From NCBI GenBank assembly GCA_000002445.1, contig CM000208.1:3392001-3456000 (forward strand): DNA of 64,000 nt, written 5' to 3'. Shown here piece after piece: positions 1 to 12,900 of the stretch; the first letter of the stretch is position 1; each line of letters begins with the position of its first letter. The position numbers and the translations under genes are program-made. The notes under the pieces are model-generated. The model searched no databases. It saw only the letters and a list, made by a program, of their open reading frames with translations, and was not told the origin of the DNA. The stretch comes from Trypanosoma brucei (lineage: Eukaryota).

Positions 1-2623
1 GAAAAAAATTTAAAAAGAACGAAAAGACAGGAACACACATACACATACACATACATTTATAAATTTATAAATATATAAATGTGTATGGAGATTTTTTTCT
101 TTTAAAAAAAAAGAGGGGGAAGTAGAAAGGAAGAGAGAAAGAGGAGCAAACTAACTAACTGACTGACAAGAATTAATAATAGAAAGGGGATAATTGGATT
201 AACACAGGAAAAAACAAAAAACAATAACAATAACAACACATAAACACGCAGACATACACACACACACACACATTTTTTTTAAAAAAAGAAGTGACATAAA
301 AGAAGAATTAAATGTCCATGAATTCGTTTTATTATTTTAAGTTTTTATGTCTCCCAACACCAACACTAACCGTTTCCATTCCTTTCCTACGAGAGATCAT
401 GTTGCCAATGGTATTAATAGTTATAATCATAACAGTAACAATAACAATACTAATAATAACAATATTAATAACAACACAAACATGACGCGCCGGATATAAG
501 TAAGATTAAGAAGTGGAGGGTGGAGATCCTCCGTTACTTCCTTCCTTCCCATTGCGAAGAGGAAAACAAACAAAACAAACAAAACAAAACAAAAAAAAAA
601 AGAGTGGCACTCAAAAGTACGCGATTGGATGAAGGATAAATAAAAATAAAAAGAACGAAAACGAAATCGGTCAAGATTTTTTTTTTTAAAAAAAAGAAAG
701 GGAAGAAAAAAGGACGTAGAGACGTACACATGCATATATATAAATATATATATATATATATAAAATAAGCATAGTTAACATATACGCATGGATGTGTACA
801 GGCATATCTAAACACATATTCGAAGAAAAAAGAAAAAAAGTCCAAAGTAAGCTGAAAACGAAAAAAAAAGAAATTGAAAAAGAGGTAAATAATTAAAAAT
901 AATTATAATAACAATATATATATATATATATATATAAAGTCGTACATATATAAATATCAATAATTCATTATAATAAAATATAAAAATCTCATCTGTATCC
1001 GAAACACATGACGCAAAAAAAAAAAGAAGTGAGTGAATGGATGTGAACGAGTGGAAGCTCTTTTCACTTAATTTCCTTTTCCTCACCTCTGCACAAACGT
1101 ATTATCAGAAATTTCAGAGGAAATACATATAATAATAACAATAATAATAAAAAAAAAAAGAACAAAACAAAACAAAATAAAACAACAACGACAACAACAT
1201 GAAAAGAAAAGGAAAGGAAAGGAAAGGCGTGTGTGCGTGTGTATGTGTGTGTATGTTTATGTTTGTGTGATGAAACGGGTATTAGGAGGTTCTGACTCTC
1301 TCTTTTATTTTCATCATCGTCTCAGTCAAAAATTACTTTGTTAAGCTTTAAACAACACATTAAACAAAAAAAAAAAAGAAAAAATGAAAAGGGGATTGAT
1401 AAGGAGGAACAATAACCAAAAAAAAAACAACAACAACAAGAGACTGTGAGTATCATTTTCTTTTCTTTTTTTATTTTTTATATTTTATTTTAAAAAAAGA
1501 GAGGGAAAAATAGAGGGAGAGACGAGGAAAAGGTGAAATGTGTCGGGAGGACACGCAACCCAAGACGAGGGAAGGAAAATATTTTTACTCAAATATTTCA
1601 AACTTCTTCTTTGTTTTTTGTTTTTTTTTCAAGTTTATTTATAAGAACAAACAAAAGATAAGTTCCCCCCACTCAAATCATTTCTAAAAGAGGGAACATA
1701 CTCAAGAAAGAGGTGTAATAAAAGGGAACTGAAGGAACACCCCCCAATTCCCTTCAAAATTTTTAAAAAAAAGAAAAAGAAAGGAAAATATAACTTTCAT
1801 TTCTGAGAATGCGCACAAATAAAGAGTAAGATAAGAGAGAAAGAAGGATTTTAAAAAAAGAAAAAGAAAAAGAAAAAAAGAGAGAGAGAGAGGAATGTAT
1901 GATAATAGATGGAAAAAGAAAGGAGAGGGGTCCAGCAACCGACAAAAATCACAAAACGCACAACAAAAGGAGCCGCACAAAAATAATAAATATTTTGATT
2001 TTTTTATTTTTCATTTCTTTTTCCTCTTCACCTCTTTACCTCTTCATTTTTCATCTCTTTCTTTCTTTTTTTTTCTTTCCACCTTCATCTCCTCTTGTGT
2101 CGTGACGTCGCCGTGCCTTCCACCCCTTTTAAATTAAGATAAAAGTGGGGAAACAAAAAGAATCTCTTCTTTTCCTTTCATTTCATTTTGTTTTTTTTCT
2201 TTCTTCCGGAATGGGCGGATTCATCTTTCTTTTTTTTTCCTCTTTTCTATAAGCACACATGTGCGGCTCGCAATGTTGTGTCCGCCGTGCGAAACAAGTC
2301 CGTGTTTTTTTTTTCTTATCTTTCTCTTTTTTTTACTTTTCTTAAATTTAACTCCTCCTCCCCCCTTCCCCAGTCCTGTTTCTCGCCCTTTCACTCTCGT
2401 ATCAAATCTACTTATGTCTTTTCTTACTTTTCACCTCTCCTCCACTTCTTTCTTTTCTCCTTTTTTTTTCTTTTTAAAGGTACAATACTTTGATCATATC
2501 TTGGATGCTCTCGAGGGATAAGTTTACCAATTTTGTTTTGTCTTCGTTACACTTTACCCCCTTTTCAAACACAAGCAATGCATTGGTATTTTATTTCCCT
2601 TTGTTGCTTGTTCCTTTCTCTAT

Positions 2624-2676
2624 AAATATATAAATATATATAAATATAAATATATATATATATATTATATATATAG
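2624..2676. repeat. AT-rich (TATAAA/TA)n low-complexity repeat
   Basis: Read directly: 'taaatatataaatatatataaatataaatatatatatatatattatatatata'. Confidence 0.85.
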
Positions 2677-3394
2677 TTGTGTATTAAATATACTGCCTCT
2701 TCACTTACCGTTTTGTTGAAGTTCTCCCTTCTTCTTCTTTTCCATTTGTCATTCCTTTTCTTTTTTCGCTTTCTCGACGCTCAACTTTCGCACTTGTGGT
2801 TCTTTAAAATTCCTCTTCCGTTCCCTCTGCTCTTCAGTCACCACTGTAAAAATAATAAATCACAAGTTACATGTCAGTCAAAAATAAACAAATATATATA
2901 TATATATATTTGTTTATTTATAAATATATAATTTCCCCCTTCTTTTTATTCTTCTCTCCCTCCCCTTTTTTCTGCCACCGCCAATTAGAGCTGAACTCTC
3001 CCTCTTTTTTAATTCATTTCCTGTTCCCTGCGCTCAGAGTGAAAAAAAAATGGGAAGCAAAATCATTTAAAGAAACCAAAAGACAAGAACAAAAAAAAAA
3101 GAAAGAGAGATAACACTGGAGGAGGGGATTTTCATACGGCAGAGGTGGTAAAAAGAATCTGAAGGAGGAAACTTAAGTGAAGCTACAAAACAAAGAAGAA
3201 GTAAACAACCGAACAAAGCGAAACAAAAAAAAGAAAAGGAGAACTGGGAAAATAGAAGGGACGAGAAAATAACCAAACATGAATAAGCGAGAAGAGCGCG
3301 CAAACAAACACTTCACAGAAACACACCTCGTCTCGTCAGCCACTTGTGCTTGTGGACGAGGAAATATTTGTCTCTGTTTTAAACATGTCGTGTG

Positions 3395-3443
3395 ATATAT
3401 ATATATATATATATATATATTTGTGTGTGTTGTGTGTGTGTGT
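3395..3443. repeat. Compound microsatellite (TA)n immediately followed by (TG)n
   Basis: Read directly: 'tgatatatatatatatatatatatatat' then 'ttgtgtgtgttgtgtgtgtgtgt'. Confidence 0.9.
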
Positions 3444-3570
3444 AAAAAAGAAAAAAAAAGCGCGCATACACATTTTTTTTAAAAAATTGCAGTGACCGAG
3501 AGATGTAGCCAAAACACTTCATGGTTTTCTGCAGTGGGAAATACACCTGCACGTGCACGTACATGTACAT

Positions 3571-3612
3571 ATATATATGTATATATATATATATTGTGTG
3601 TGTGTGTGTGTG
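3571..3612. repeat. Compound microsatellite (TA)n-(TG)n, second copy 150 bp from the first
   Basis: Read directly: 'atatatatgtatatatatatatat' then 'tgtgtgtgtgtgtgtgtgag'. Confidence 0.9.
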
Positions 3613-4376
3613 AGTTTGTGTGTATGGGAAGGAGGGTGTTGCATAAATAACAGCGGTAGAAGATCTATGCGTACCGTACACACATGACTCTTTGTATCCC
3701 TTTTTTCCCCTATTTTATTCCTTCATGCACAGAACTTTCTTTTACTTCTTCTTGTTCCTTTTCTTTTCACTCCGATACCCCTATTTTTTTTTTCTTGTCT
3801 TCTCTTCTCTTCCCTTCTTTTTTTCTTCTTTGTTTTTTTTTTTCAATTAAATCCATACACATACCACCCTGTCGCTTTTCACGAATACTTCCCCACATAT
3901 CAACTGTTGCAAGGAAAAATAATGTTTTTTTTTGTTTTATCTCAAAACGAAAACGAAAAAACAAACAAACAAAAAACAAAAAAAGATGCTACTTGGCTTT
4001 CTCCACTCACCCCCTCCCCAAGTAAGGCTCGTGCTCACGTTGGAACGTTCATTAACACAAACAAACTAGCTGTATTTTACCCAGTGGGAGGCGCGACTTT
4101 TCTTTTTTCTTTTCTTTGTTGTTGTTATTTTTCCTTCTCTCTTTTTTGTTACCTTTATTTATCTTCGCTTTCCCTCTAGTCGTAAACCCCATCTCCATCC
4201 CCATCCCCAAGTGATCCGAAATGGAAATCATTATTGGCGCTTTGGCACATAATCTCTCGGATTCGAGTCCTTTGATCCAGACGAAAAGAAAGAGAAGTCA
4301 AAAAGGAAAAAAAAAGAAAAAAAGAAAAAAAAAAGAAAGAAAACAAAAATCAGAGTGCTGTACCCTGTTGGAATAA

Positions 4377-6410
4377 CTACTCGGGTGGTGAAGGTACGTC
4401 TTCCTCCCACACCCTCGCGACGGCATCTTGATAATCCCTCATGGCTTGCAACATCAAATACGGTGGCAGCGTGGCCAGCGTCCTCAGCAACTTGAGAAAG
4501 CTGCTTAAGACATCATCACCCTGAGTCCGTTGCAACGCGTCATCCATTTCCTCAATGATGAAGGGATCACAGAAGAGAACATTGTTCGGTTGAAAACTCA
4601 CCTCCGGCCCGCGGTCATCCAAAAGAATTACACGATCGAGTGGCCGCCCCAACAGTGAAAGGTCTTTTTTATAGGTATCCCCCACGGCCGTGCAGTGGTG
4701 CCTGTAGAGCCGATGTGCTTTATGGTGAGGGTCCAGATGGTCGAAGATCGAGGTCGCGTACTCCTCTGTACCCGTAGTAAAGAATACAACTTCAAATGTT
4801 TCAAAGCAGTACTCCAGAAGCTCCTTTGCGAAGGGTCTGATACAAACATAAAGACGTTGTTGGAGGCGAGAGCGTGCGCTACACATTGGCGAGAGTTGTG
4901 CTTTCCGGTTGACTAGTTGTGGTGATGAGGGTTGTGATGGGGTGGAGGCACACGCCTTATCTGGTTCATAACCCTCACTACCACAACCTGCGCTGGCTGC
5001 CGCATAGGTGCCGACCTGATCAGCAGAAGTTGGTATGTTCAGTTCGATCTCCAAATGAAAGGAATTCTCCGCCGGGTTCCACCACGAGGGGCGCCTCTCA
5101 AAGGTATGCACAAGGGTGTCATCCAAGTCGAGACAACACGTTGTACGTCCTACATGTTCGCTGCGCTGTTCTGGGAGAAGATACTGCGTTACTTTTCCCC
5201 GGTCCACAGACCCCTGGCGAACAGGTGAGAAATAACCCGAATGATGCGGAGCTGCCTGGACGTCGGGAACATGGAGCTCAGGAGAAGCGCTTGCGCACCT
5301 CTGGGGAGCACAATCTTCCATATGTTCCTGTCGTCGATGGTTACAATGCGGTTCTTCAGCACCCACGCACCTACTAGTAGTAAACCCACGGTCTACCTCC
5401 AAGTAAGAAAGCAGATCGCGCAATAACTGTCCTACAGGCCTGTCAGGGGGCGCCACCGAACTCGCTACCGGTTGAGTGGTCTCCGGCACATATATTTCCC
5501 CTTCGCCGCTGTCGGTGATGTTGGGTGGTTGAATAGTTGACCAGCAATCCGAAAGCCCGCCGTGCCCGCTGGGGCGATCGTGGTTTTTCGCACTTCCACT
5601 GAAAGTTGTTTGATTTTTTGTGTGCCGGGACTGGGAGCTAGGAGCTGAGTTCGTGTCCGATTCATTGGATGAAGGAGTAAGGCCATCCGGTATCAACTGA
5701 TCCAATTCTTTTTTAGGTGATGGGTGCAGCACCTGCGTCGGTTGACGGGAGCTTTTGCGAGTAAGAACACTGGTCATGCCGCCGAAAGCTGCTACTGCTC
5801 CCCCACAGGACACTGGACTGCTATTCTGCGTGCTGGGATACACCGTACCACATTCTACATCTAGTTGTCCGTCTCTCCCACCAAACCGACTCCATGGTGA
5901 GAGCCAACAGGACGTGAGAGCGGGAGACGACTGCGATGGCGTATCTGTTGGGGTGTCGGGTTTACTCAGCTCCTCGAAGCATCCAACAGAAGCGGACCTG
6001 TAAGCTCGGTGGGGAGGAATGTTACCAACTGCCCGCGCTGCAACGTCCTGTTTATCAACTGATGGGTGAATATCAGAACGGCGACCTGCCACAGCTGGAA
6101 CGAGGGTGCTAGGAAGAGCAGAAAATATATTGAATGAGGTGCCATACGGACTGTGACGATATTTCTGGTGGTGCACATTATGCTTCACCTTTCCGCAACT
6201 AGTAGTCGAGATGCCTGATGATCCGCCCATCCCCCAAGTTGTCGATAGTCCTGGATATGGCACGCTGTAGGCACGTGCGAGGCGCAGCGGACTTTGCTGA
6301 TGAGCGCGTACTGAACTATCATGTGGTGAACCCCACTCTTCATAATCCCGTGTCTCCATCTTTCCGTATTGTGGGTTGTCAGGCGGTGCGACGAATCCAC
6401 TACGTCGCAT
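4377..6410 (-). CDS. NIF/FCP1-homology (CTD small phosphatase-like, HAD family) protein phosphatase, putative
   Basis: The C-terminal approx. 250 aa carry the DxDx(T/V) catalytic motif 'CLDLDDTLVHTF', followed by 'FEVVFFTTGTEEYATSIFDHLDP' and 'LDRVILLDDRGPEVSFQPNNVLFCDPF'. This matches the SCP/FCP1 NIF domain architecture. The N-terminal approx. 400 aa are low-complexity and S/P-rich. Confidence 0.7.
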   Translation of the reverse strand: MRRSGFVAPPDNPQYGKMETRDYEEWGSPHDSSVRAHQQSPLRLARAYSVPYPGLSTTWGMGGSSGISTTSCGKVKHNVHHQKYRHSPYGTSFNIFSALPSTLVPAVAGRRSDIHPSVDKQDVAARAVGNIPPHRAYRSASVGCFEELSKPDTPTDTPSQSSPALTSCWLSPWSRFGGRDGQLDVECGTVYPSTQNSSPVSCGGAVAAFGGMTSVLTRKSSRQPTQVLHPSPKKELDQLIPDGLTPSSNESDTNSAPSSQSRHTKNQTTFSGSAKNHDRPSGHGGLSDCWSTIQPPNITDSGEGEIYVPETTQPVASSVAPPDRPVGQLLRDLLSYLEVDRGFTTSRCVGAEEPHCNHRRQEHMEDCAPQRCASASPELHVPDVQAAPHHSGYFSPVRQGSVDRGKVTQYLLPEQRSEHVGRTTCCLDLDDTLVHTFERRPSWWNPAENSFHLEIELNIPTSADQVGTYAAASAGCGSEGYEPDKACASTPSQPSSPQLVNRKAQLSPMCSARSRLQQRLYVCIRPFAKELLEYCFETFEVVFFTTGTEEYATSIFDHLDPHHKAHRLYRHHCTAVGDTYKKDLSLLGRPLDRVILLDDRGPEVSFQPNNVLFCDPFIIEEMDDALQRTQGDDVLSSFLKLLRTLATLPPYLMLQAMRDYQDAVARVWEEDVPSPPE

Positions 6411-6539
6411 TGCTGACCCTGTTGCACCGGTTCCTTAGTGATATTAAGACGACTCTGATAATTGATATCTGGGTACAACTTAGGTTTTTTACTGTGCACA
6501 AATTTAACAACACGACCACACGCGAATAAAAATGCAAAT

Positions 6540-6740
6540 TATATAAAAAAAAAGCGAAACAGAGGGGGAAAAAATAAAGAGCAATGATAAAGGGTGAAAA
6601 CAGGAAGTAAACGAAAGGGACCTAGCACTATAAAATAGCGAGAGGTGAAATGCGAGAGTAGAAACAAACAAAAAACCGCAGAACAAAATGAAAGCAGAGA
6701 ATGTAAGCACCGAAGGTGAGAAAAGGCGAAAAAGAAATCT
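6540..6740 (-). promoter_or_regulatory. Sense-strand polypyrimidine tract upstream of the phosphatase CDS (candidate trans-splicing / coupled polyadenylation signal)
   Basis: The plus strand is almost pure A/G here ('aaaaaaaagcgaaacagagggggaaaaaataaagagc...gaaaaggcgaaaaagaaatc'). This makes a CT-rich tract on the transcribed minus strand immediately 5' of the ATG at 6410. Confidence 0.4.
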
Positions 6741-7018
6741 CGCTTCCCTTCCTTTGGTTCACCCCTTCCCCGTCCTCACACATTCGTCGTAGGGCCGCAA
6801 CGTCGTTAAAAAAGATAAACGGATACGTCAAATTAGTTTTCTCCTGGTGAGATGTACACCAACCAGCCGTCTTCTTTAAGAAATTCGATACGAAGAAAGC
6901 TATGGCGTTTTATTTGCTGTTTGTACCACGCGAGCTGAACGTCAAAACCAACCGCCTCTCTCTCTCAAACAACCAACCAAAAGGAAAATGAAAAAAAAAG
7001 GCAATCTTCCGGCTCTCC

Positions 7019-7044
7019 ACACACACACACATACACACATACAT
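7019..7044. repeat. (CA)n microsatellite, imperfect
   Basis: Read directly: 'acacacacacacatacacacatacatac'. Confidence 0.85.
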
Positions 7045-7164
7045 ACGCAAACACTCCATGAAGGCTTAAAAAGCCAACCACCGGTGACACCACCACCAGG
7101 AACAAAAGGGACAACAACATCACCACCGTGTTGTAACGGCCAACACACCAAGTATGCATTAGTG

Positions 7165-8076
7165 TTATTTTTCATGGAAACGATAACAACTACAATAACG
7201 ACGAACCACTTCGTATGTTGTAAAGAAGACACTACCGCCGATGGAAATCCACGTTACGCGAGGAACTGCACCGCGGAAGAATCGCTGCATGGGCCCCCAC
7301 CTATCCGTTGGGCGCGGTACTTCATGAAGTAACTCCTGAAGCGCACCACACACCACTGAAAGTTTTTTTGGGCGCCCCGCCCTCGGGCTGCTCACCTGTC
7401 CAAGCATAATGCGCGTCTTCAGAAGGTCTAGCGGTGTTGTAATAAATGCGGCGGTAGCGCCTCCTAATGCGCCACATAGTGGTAAGTAATGGGGCCGTCT
7501 GTCTGTGTGCAGTGCCACTTTGAGTGCCTCATAGCACAACATCTGTATGACAGCGAAAGGGACATCACGTAGCAGCATGACAGGTATCCCACTGAGAAGG
7601 TTCGGAATACCTCGTACTCGCATGCTTGTTGGTGCTGTATCCGTAGCAACACCAGGTGTAACACCGTGAGTTATGTGTACCAATGCGCTGCGCAGGTTCC
7701 TGTGTTGCCCCGCCTGAAGCCGCTGCTTCAGCATCTCTATCGGGACACGAATGCAGGAGGCTGTTGTTTCACCCACCACAGCGGCAGTCGCCTGCGACGC
7801 AAGTTGCCACTGTTTTCTCCCTGCATAAGTCACATCACTTTGCCCATCATCTTCCCCCAACAGAGCCCGCTTTGTCAAGTCGTAACCAACAAAAAATGCC
7901 GCACCACTCGGAACGGAACCAATGGCCACGGCACTGAGGCCACGATAAACGCCGACGAATCCCCCCGCACGGCGGAATCCGTCTCGTGACTGCAGTCGAG
8001 TTTTGATAGTGTCAATCGGGTACAGTGTAAAGTCCACGACAAGACCAGCCGCCGCACCTGCCACAAACGAGTCCAT
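7165..8076 (-). CDS. Mitochondrial carrier family protein, S-adenosylmethionine carrier (SAMC/PET8/SLC25A26)-like
   Basis: The 303-aa protein has tripartite carrier repeats with Px[DE]xx[KR] signatures: 'YPIDTIKTRLQ', 'RVPIEMLKQRLQ' and 'TTPLDLLKTRIM'. The block 'GFRRAGGFVGVYRGLSAVAIGSVPSGAAFFVGYD' closely parallels the SAMC consensus GFxKAGGFxGIYAGVPSAAIGSFPNAAAFF. Confidence 0.75.
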   Translation of the reverse strand: MDSFVAGAAAGLVVDFTLYPIDTIKTRLQSRDGFRRAGGFVGVYRGLSAVAIGSVPSGAAFFVGYDLTKRALLGEDDGQSDVTYAGRKQWQLASQATAAVVGETTASCIRVPIEMLKQRLQAGQHRNLRSALVHITHGVTPGVATDTAPTSMRVRGIPNLLSGIPVMLLRDVPFAVIQMLCYEALKVALHTDRRPHYLPLCGALGGATAAFITTPLDLLKTRIMLGQVSSPRAGRPKKLSVVCGALQELLHEVPRPTDRWGPMQRFFRGAVPRVTWISIGGSVFFTTYEVVRRYCSCYRFHEK

Positions 8077-8099
8077 TCACGTGGCCTCTTTTATGGTGC

Positions 8100-8370
8100 G
8101 CAACCACTTGCAAACAAAACAAATATAATATAAATACGAGAAGTTCGAGGTTAGGAAGAAGAAGGGAGAAATAAATACAGTTGACAACATATCAAAAGTG
8201 AAAAAGGAAGGTACAATACAAGTAAGGTACGCACAAAAATTCTGTGTGTGTGTGTGTGTGGAAATCAGAACAAGTCACATCCATTCCTACCACTAGGAAA
8301 GGGTAAAACAAGTAACGCGGGAGGTGGGGGTGGGAGGCAGAGGAAGTATCAAAAAATGAAAAAAAAAATA
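8100..8370 (-). promoter_or_regulatory. Sense-strand polypyrimidine tract upstream of the SAM-carrier CDS (candidate SL-acceptor signal)
   Basis: The plus strand is purine-rich ('gaggttaggaagaagaagggagaaataaatacag...ggaggtgggggtgggaggcagaggaag') just upstream (on the sense strand) of the start at 8076. Confidence 0.35.
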
Positions 8371-9938
8371 AATGAATAGCATTGTTTCTCCTTACCCCCT
8401 CACTTCAGCTGACTTTCAGTGCTCGTCTTTCTTCTCCCCCGCTTTTTTTTTTGCTTTTTCTCACCTTCAGAACATAACATCCTCATCTAATAAAGTAGCC
8501 ATTTACGACACCCTTAACCACCTGTCCGTCACGCCAACGTTTGAGAGGGACCGCACATAATCACACAAATAATTAAATAGATTGAACAGAGAAAACGAGA
8601 AAAAGGTGGTGGAAATAAACACATAGACAAGACAGTGCAGGAGGGAAAATAAATTTGTGTTCGTGGCGCCAGCACAAAATGACGCGACACGCTCAATGGG
8701 GAGGGGAGTTTAAAAAAAAAAAAGCAAAGCAAAACAGTGAGGAAGAGCGCCAAGACACACTCTGCGCATGACTGCAGCACCTTTCCCCTTTTCAGTCGGT
8801 GAACAAATAGGTCGAACCCCTGTTACCCCCTCCTGCAAATAGATAAATTGCCTCTTCTTCTTCCGCTTCCCCTTTACCCCGTGATTTTCTCTGTTGTCAT
8901 TCTTTTTTCTTTACCTTAAAAAAAAATACATTTCCTCCCGCCAAAGGAAATACCCTCATCGTAAAGACTGAACTTCACAGAGACGGGTAGAGGGGTGAAG
9001 GGACAGCGACGACAAAGGGAGACGGCACATAATTCCTGGTGTTTCAATTTTTCCTTCTCCCTTTCCCTCTCCTTTATTTCCCATTTTCAACATTGTTCGT
9101 CGCGTCACTTCGCAAAAAGAAAAGAAAGGAGGGACATTCCCCCCTACCCCTTACACACGGCCCCATACACAAACAAAAAAACATGATACATTTCTTTACC
9201 CCCTCTCTCTCTCTCTCTTCCTTTCTCTTTTCCCTTTCCCTTTCCCAGATAGGGCAACTTTTTTTCTTTCGTTAATCCCTCAACATGCTATTAGGAAGTG
9301 TGGAATAGAGTGAAATGGGTTATGTTGGGGTAAAAGGACAGCACACAAATACGGCAGCAACTAAACAAAAGGCAAGTCTCCCCCTCCTCCTCCTGCTACC
9401 TCTCGCGGTGACGGAGAGAGGGGAGAAAAGGCCAGGGATCAAATGAGAAATGTTGACAGCCACAAAAGAGGGAAGACAGAAAGAACCGTACTTTAAAAAA
9501 ATGAAGAAAAGAGTCCACGATGATGAAAATGCAAATAAAAGCAAGGAAAAGTCAGGGAAAACGAAGATGTGTGTGTGCGTGTGTGTGTATAGACACATTC
9601 CAGACACGCGAACAGTTGTAATGCATGTCAAACACCAATTACCGCACAGAAACTGGCGGTCCATCACAAAACTGAAAGAATATGAAATGCACTAAGTGAG
9701 ATCCCCCAACGTTACATAAATACATACACGCACAGGAGTGAACATCGTCGTACTTGAATTATTAATATTATTTGTTTGTTTGCATGGCTCCTTCTACACA
9801 CCTCGTCCCTCTTTTTTCCCATGCACCTAGGGTGCATGTGTGTGGATAGAGGCTTCAAAAAAGTCATCTTAACACAGAGGATTCACACACACACACACAC
9901 ACGAACAAAAAAAAAAACACTTTTCTTACATTCACATA

Positions 9939-12900
9939 TTACACATCCCCTGAATGCGTGGGTGTCCTTCCATCAGTAGATGACGAATAGGTTAGCGAAG
10001 CGCACAAACTACTACCACTTCTTCGTCCTTGATAATTGTGTGGATGCGGATCAGAAACCGCCACTACACTCTTCGTTATTGAGGCTAGATTCCGTGGCCG
10101 CGATGTGCTTCCCAAACTGTGGCGAACATTAGGTGACGCTCGCACAGTTCCTCTGAAGAAGGAGTTGCCAACTCGCGATACAGTCGAGTGTCCTTCCAAA
10201 CCGCTCTCGACGTTATCAGTGGTACCGGTGGCCGACAATTCATTCATTTTGGCCGTGATTTGTGCTTTAATGTTGTCACTAAAGGTCACCACGAGACTGG
10301 GAGACCGCTCAATGACCTTGCATTGAACGTCTTCTGGATCAATATTCAGCGGAATGCGAAGACATTTCTCAGGGTCACCCGTAGGAACGGGAAAGCACAT
10401 GCATAACCTTCCATTCACGTCACGTTTTACATTTTCTGGCAGACGCGATCTTATTGAAGAAGGTAGTAGATGACTTGCCCCTTCACGCGGGACATCCTCG
10501 CTGCTTTGAGCTGTGGAGGGAGATGTGGGTTTCGGCGACGACGGCGTCACTCTTGTCAGTGGCTGGAGACATTGCGATGTTGTTGGCGAAATGTTTAACG
10601 CCTGTTGAGAGTACCGCGACGGAGAGACAACACGTGACCCAAAGGAGGAACTTGACAGGAGCGACATGCTTTGATTGTGTGCTAATGGTACAAAGCGGCT
10701 GTTGCGGCACGTGGAGCTTCGTACGGTAGACGTAAGTGATACATTACTGTTGTCATTGCTTGCCGGGTCCACTTGCGGTGTGTTACAAGGGGAGTTTGAC
10801 AGGACGTTAGCCCCGGGTCCGTTAATACTGCCCGGATAAACGGGAGTTTTGCTGCATGCATCGAGGGTGAAGTTGTGCTTGCCGTCCGTGCGCACACGAG
10901 GAACATTCAGAAAGGCGTCGTCTATATCAGCGCTTACTTCCACCTGATCGTCGTCAGCGACAGTAGCGAACTCTAAGTTTCCATCGTCAGTGATACGCAA
11001 ATACTGGGGGGAGGTCAATGAGGTCGAGAACGAGGTGCTCTGAGGGAAAACAAAGTTTCCGGCCGACGCCCCACGGGGTACGGTGTAGCTGAAGGTGTCA
11101 TGGAGTGCTGCATCTAAGCAAATGGTTGGGCTTGTCGAGGCACCACCTGCACCGCTGAAACAGCTAGCCGCTGGACTTTCAGAGCGGCTGTTACCCATCG
11201 TTGCCTGAAGCTCTAAGGGACGTCTTTCACCTGCGCTAAGTGTATTCGTGATGTCATCGCTCTTGTGCTGCAGCTCAGTTTGCTGAGAAACACGTAAGGG
11301 GGTAGCGGGTACTCCCTTGATTCCACCGGCAATCCATACATTGCACATCTCCACCGAGATACGGGCAGAAACCTCCTCAAGTTCATTCTGGCACAACTGC
11401 TCCTCATCTGCTACACCGTACGTGGACTGCCAATTTTGACTAACGGACACTCCAGCGCCTGTGAAGAGAGAGTCAGGATGTAGCCTCCGCCCCGTGATCC
11501 ACGGGTGCTTAAGAAGTTCCACTGCTTCGGGTCTCTGGGACACGTTACGAATGAAGCACTGCTCCAAAAAGTGAATGAACTCTGGGCTAAAGTCAAATTC
11601 CTCTTCGTTCGGCGGCAGTACAAGTGGGGACTCACTTGTTGTGGTGATGTAAAACATAAGAGGAATATGATCACGCACACCCGTGTGGTACCACGGTAAT
11701 TTACCCGTTGCAAGTTCAAACAGCGAGCATCCCATCGACCAGATATCGGATTTGTGAGTCCCCTCTCCTTTGATGAACTCGGGTGCCATGTACAAGGGTG
11801 TTCCAATTACGCAATTTGTGGACTTATTCAGTTCATTTACACGCTTGCAGCATCCGAAATCACACAACTTCACCACGCCATCATGGCTCACAAGGATATT
11901 AGCTGGTTTAATATCACGGTGCAAGAACCCCTTTTGGTGAATGAAGGCTATAGCCTCCAACAAATGCCGAGAAAATCTGCGCAGTATCGTCTCCTGAAGG
12001 GGCCCAAACCGCTCCAATAGAGAAAGTGTCGATCCACCCGTATGCAGTTCCATCACAATTCGACACACTTTTTGCGAAACACTGTGCTCAAAAAATATGT
12101 ACGAGACAATATTCGGGTGTTTCAGAGACTTCAGAACGCCAAATTCCTTACTAATGGCGCGAAACCCCTCTTGATCATTCACCTCCGCCATATTAATCTC
12201 CTTAATGGCGACGAGGCTCCCAGTGACACAGTCCACCCCAGCATAAACTTTCGCGAAGCCACCCACCCCAATTAGCGGGCCTTTATGGATGTCCACTGGG
12301 TGAGTCGTGTTCCCATTACCGATTGGTGTTCCGGTGAGCGCTATGTGGGATGCGAGTGATCGCACAAGCCCTGACAGTTCTTTCCTTGCCGCAGACGTAA
12401 AGCACCCACTACCTCCCCTGTTCACCAACCGCGGGGAACCACCCATAGCGTAGTAAGCAACCGATCTTGGGGGCGTTCCTCCGCTGGCTGCCATCGACGG
12501 CAGACCGAACCAGTACATTCCTGGAAGCGGACTAGGTGAAGCAGACGAAGGTGATGCACGACCGGTGACATGAGAGTTGCTTGCATTGACTCCACCGGCA
12601 TCTCCTGTGCCAGCAGGACCACTAATGCTTGCACCGTGTGAAGGACTAAAAGGAATTGAGTGACGCCAGCCATCCAACCGTGGTGACTCTATACAGGGGC
12701 GTGGTGACACACTCAACGACGAGTGGGCCCCACCGTTCGGTAGGGGCACGTAACCTCCACCCAGTGACATTCGTTGACTGAACAAAAACGACCTTTGAGG
12801 CGGAGCCGCTGCTCGTCCAGGACTGAACATGCAAAAGGAACAACTCCATTCCTGTACACTACCCATAAGGCTGGCGACAGTACTTGTGTTGCTCAGGCTT

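Noticed and set aside
3395-3612. Possibility that the regularly spaced dinucleotide repeats represent a CRISPR-like array
   Set aside because: The repeats are simple (TA)n, (TG)n and (CA)n microsatellites of variable length with no conserved 25-40-nt direct repeat or spacers. The sequence is eukaryotic. It is not a CRISPR array.
427-4179. Multiple 60-113-aa ORFs in the left-end gene desert
   Set aside because: All are low-complexity (F/L/S/K-rich) readings of homopurine or homopyrimidine and microsatellite DNA. None has coding-like composition.
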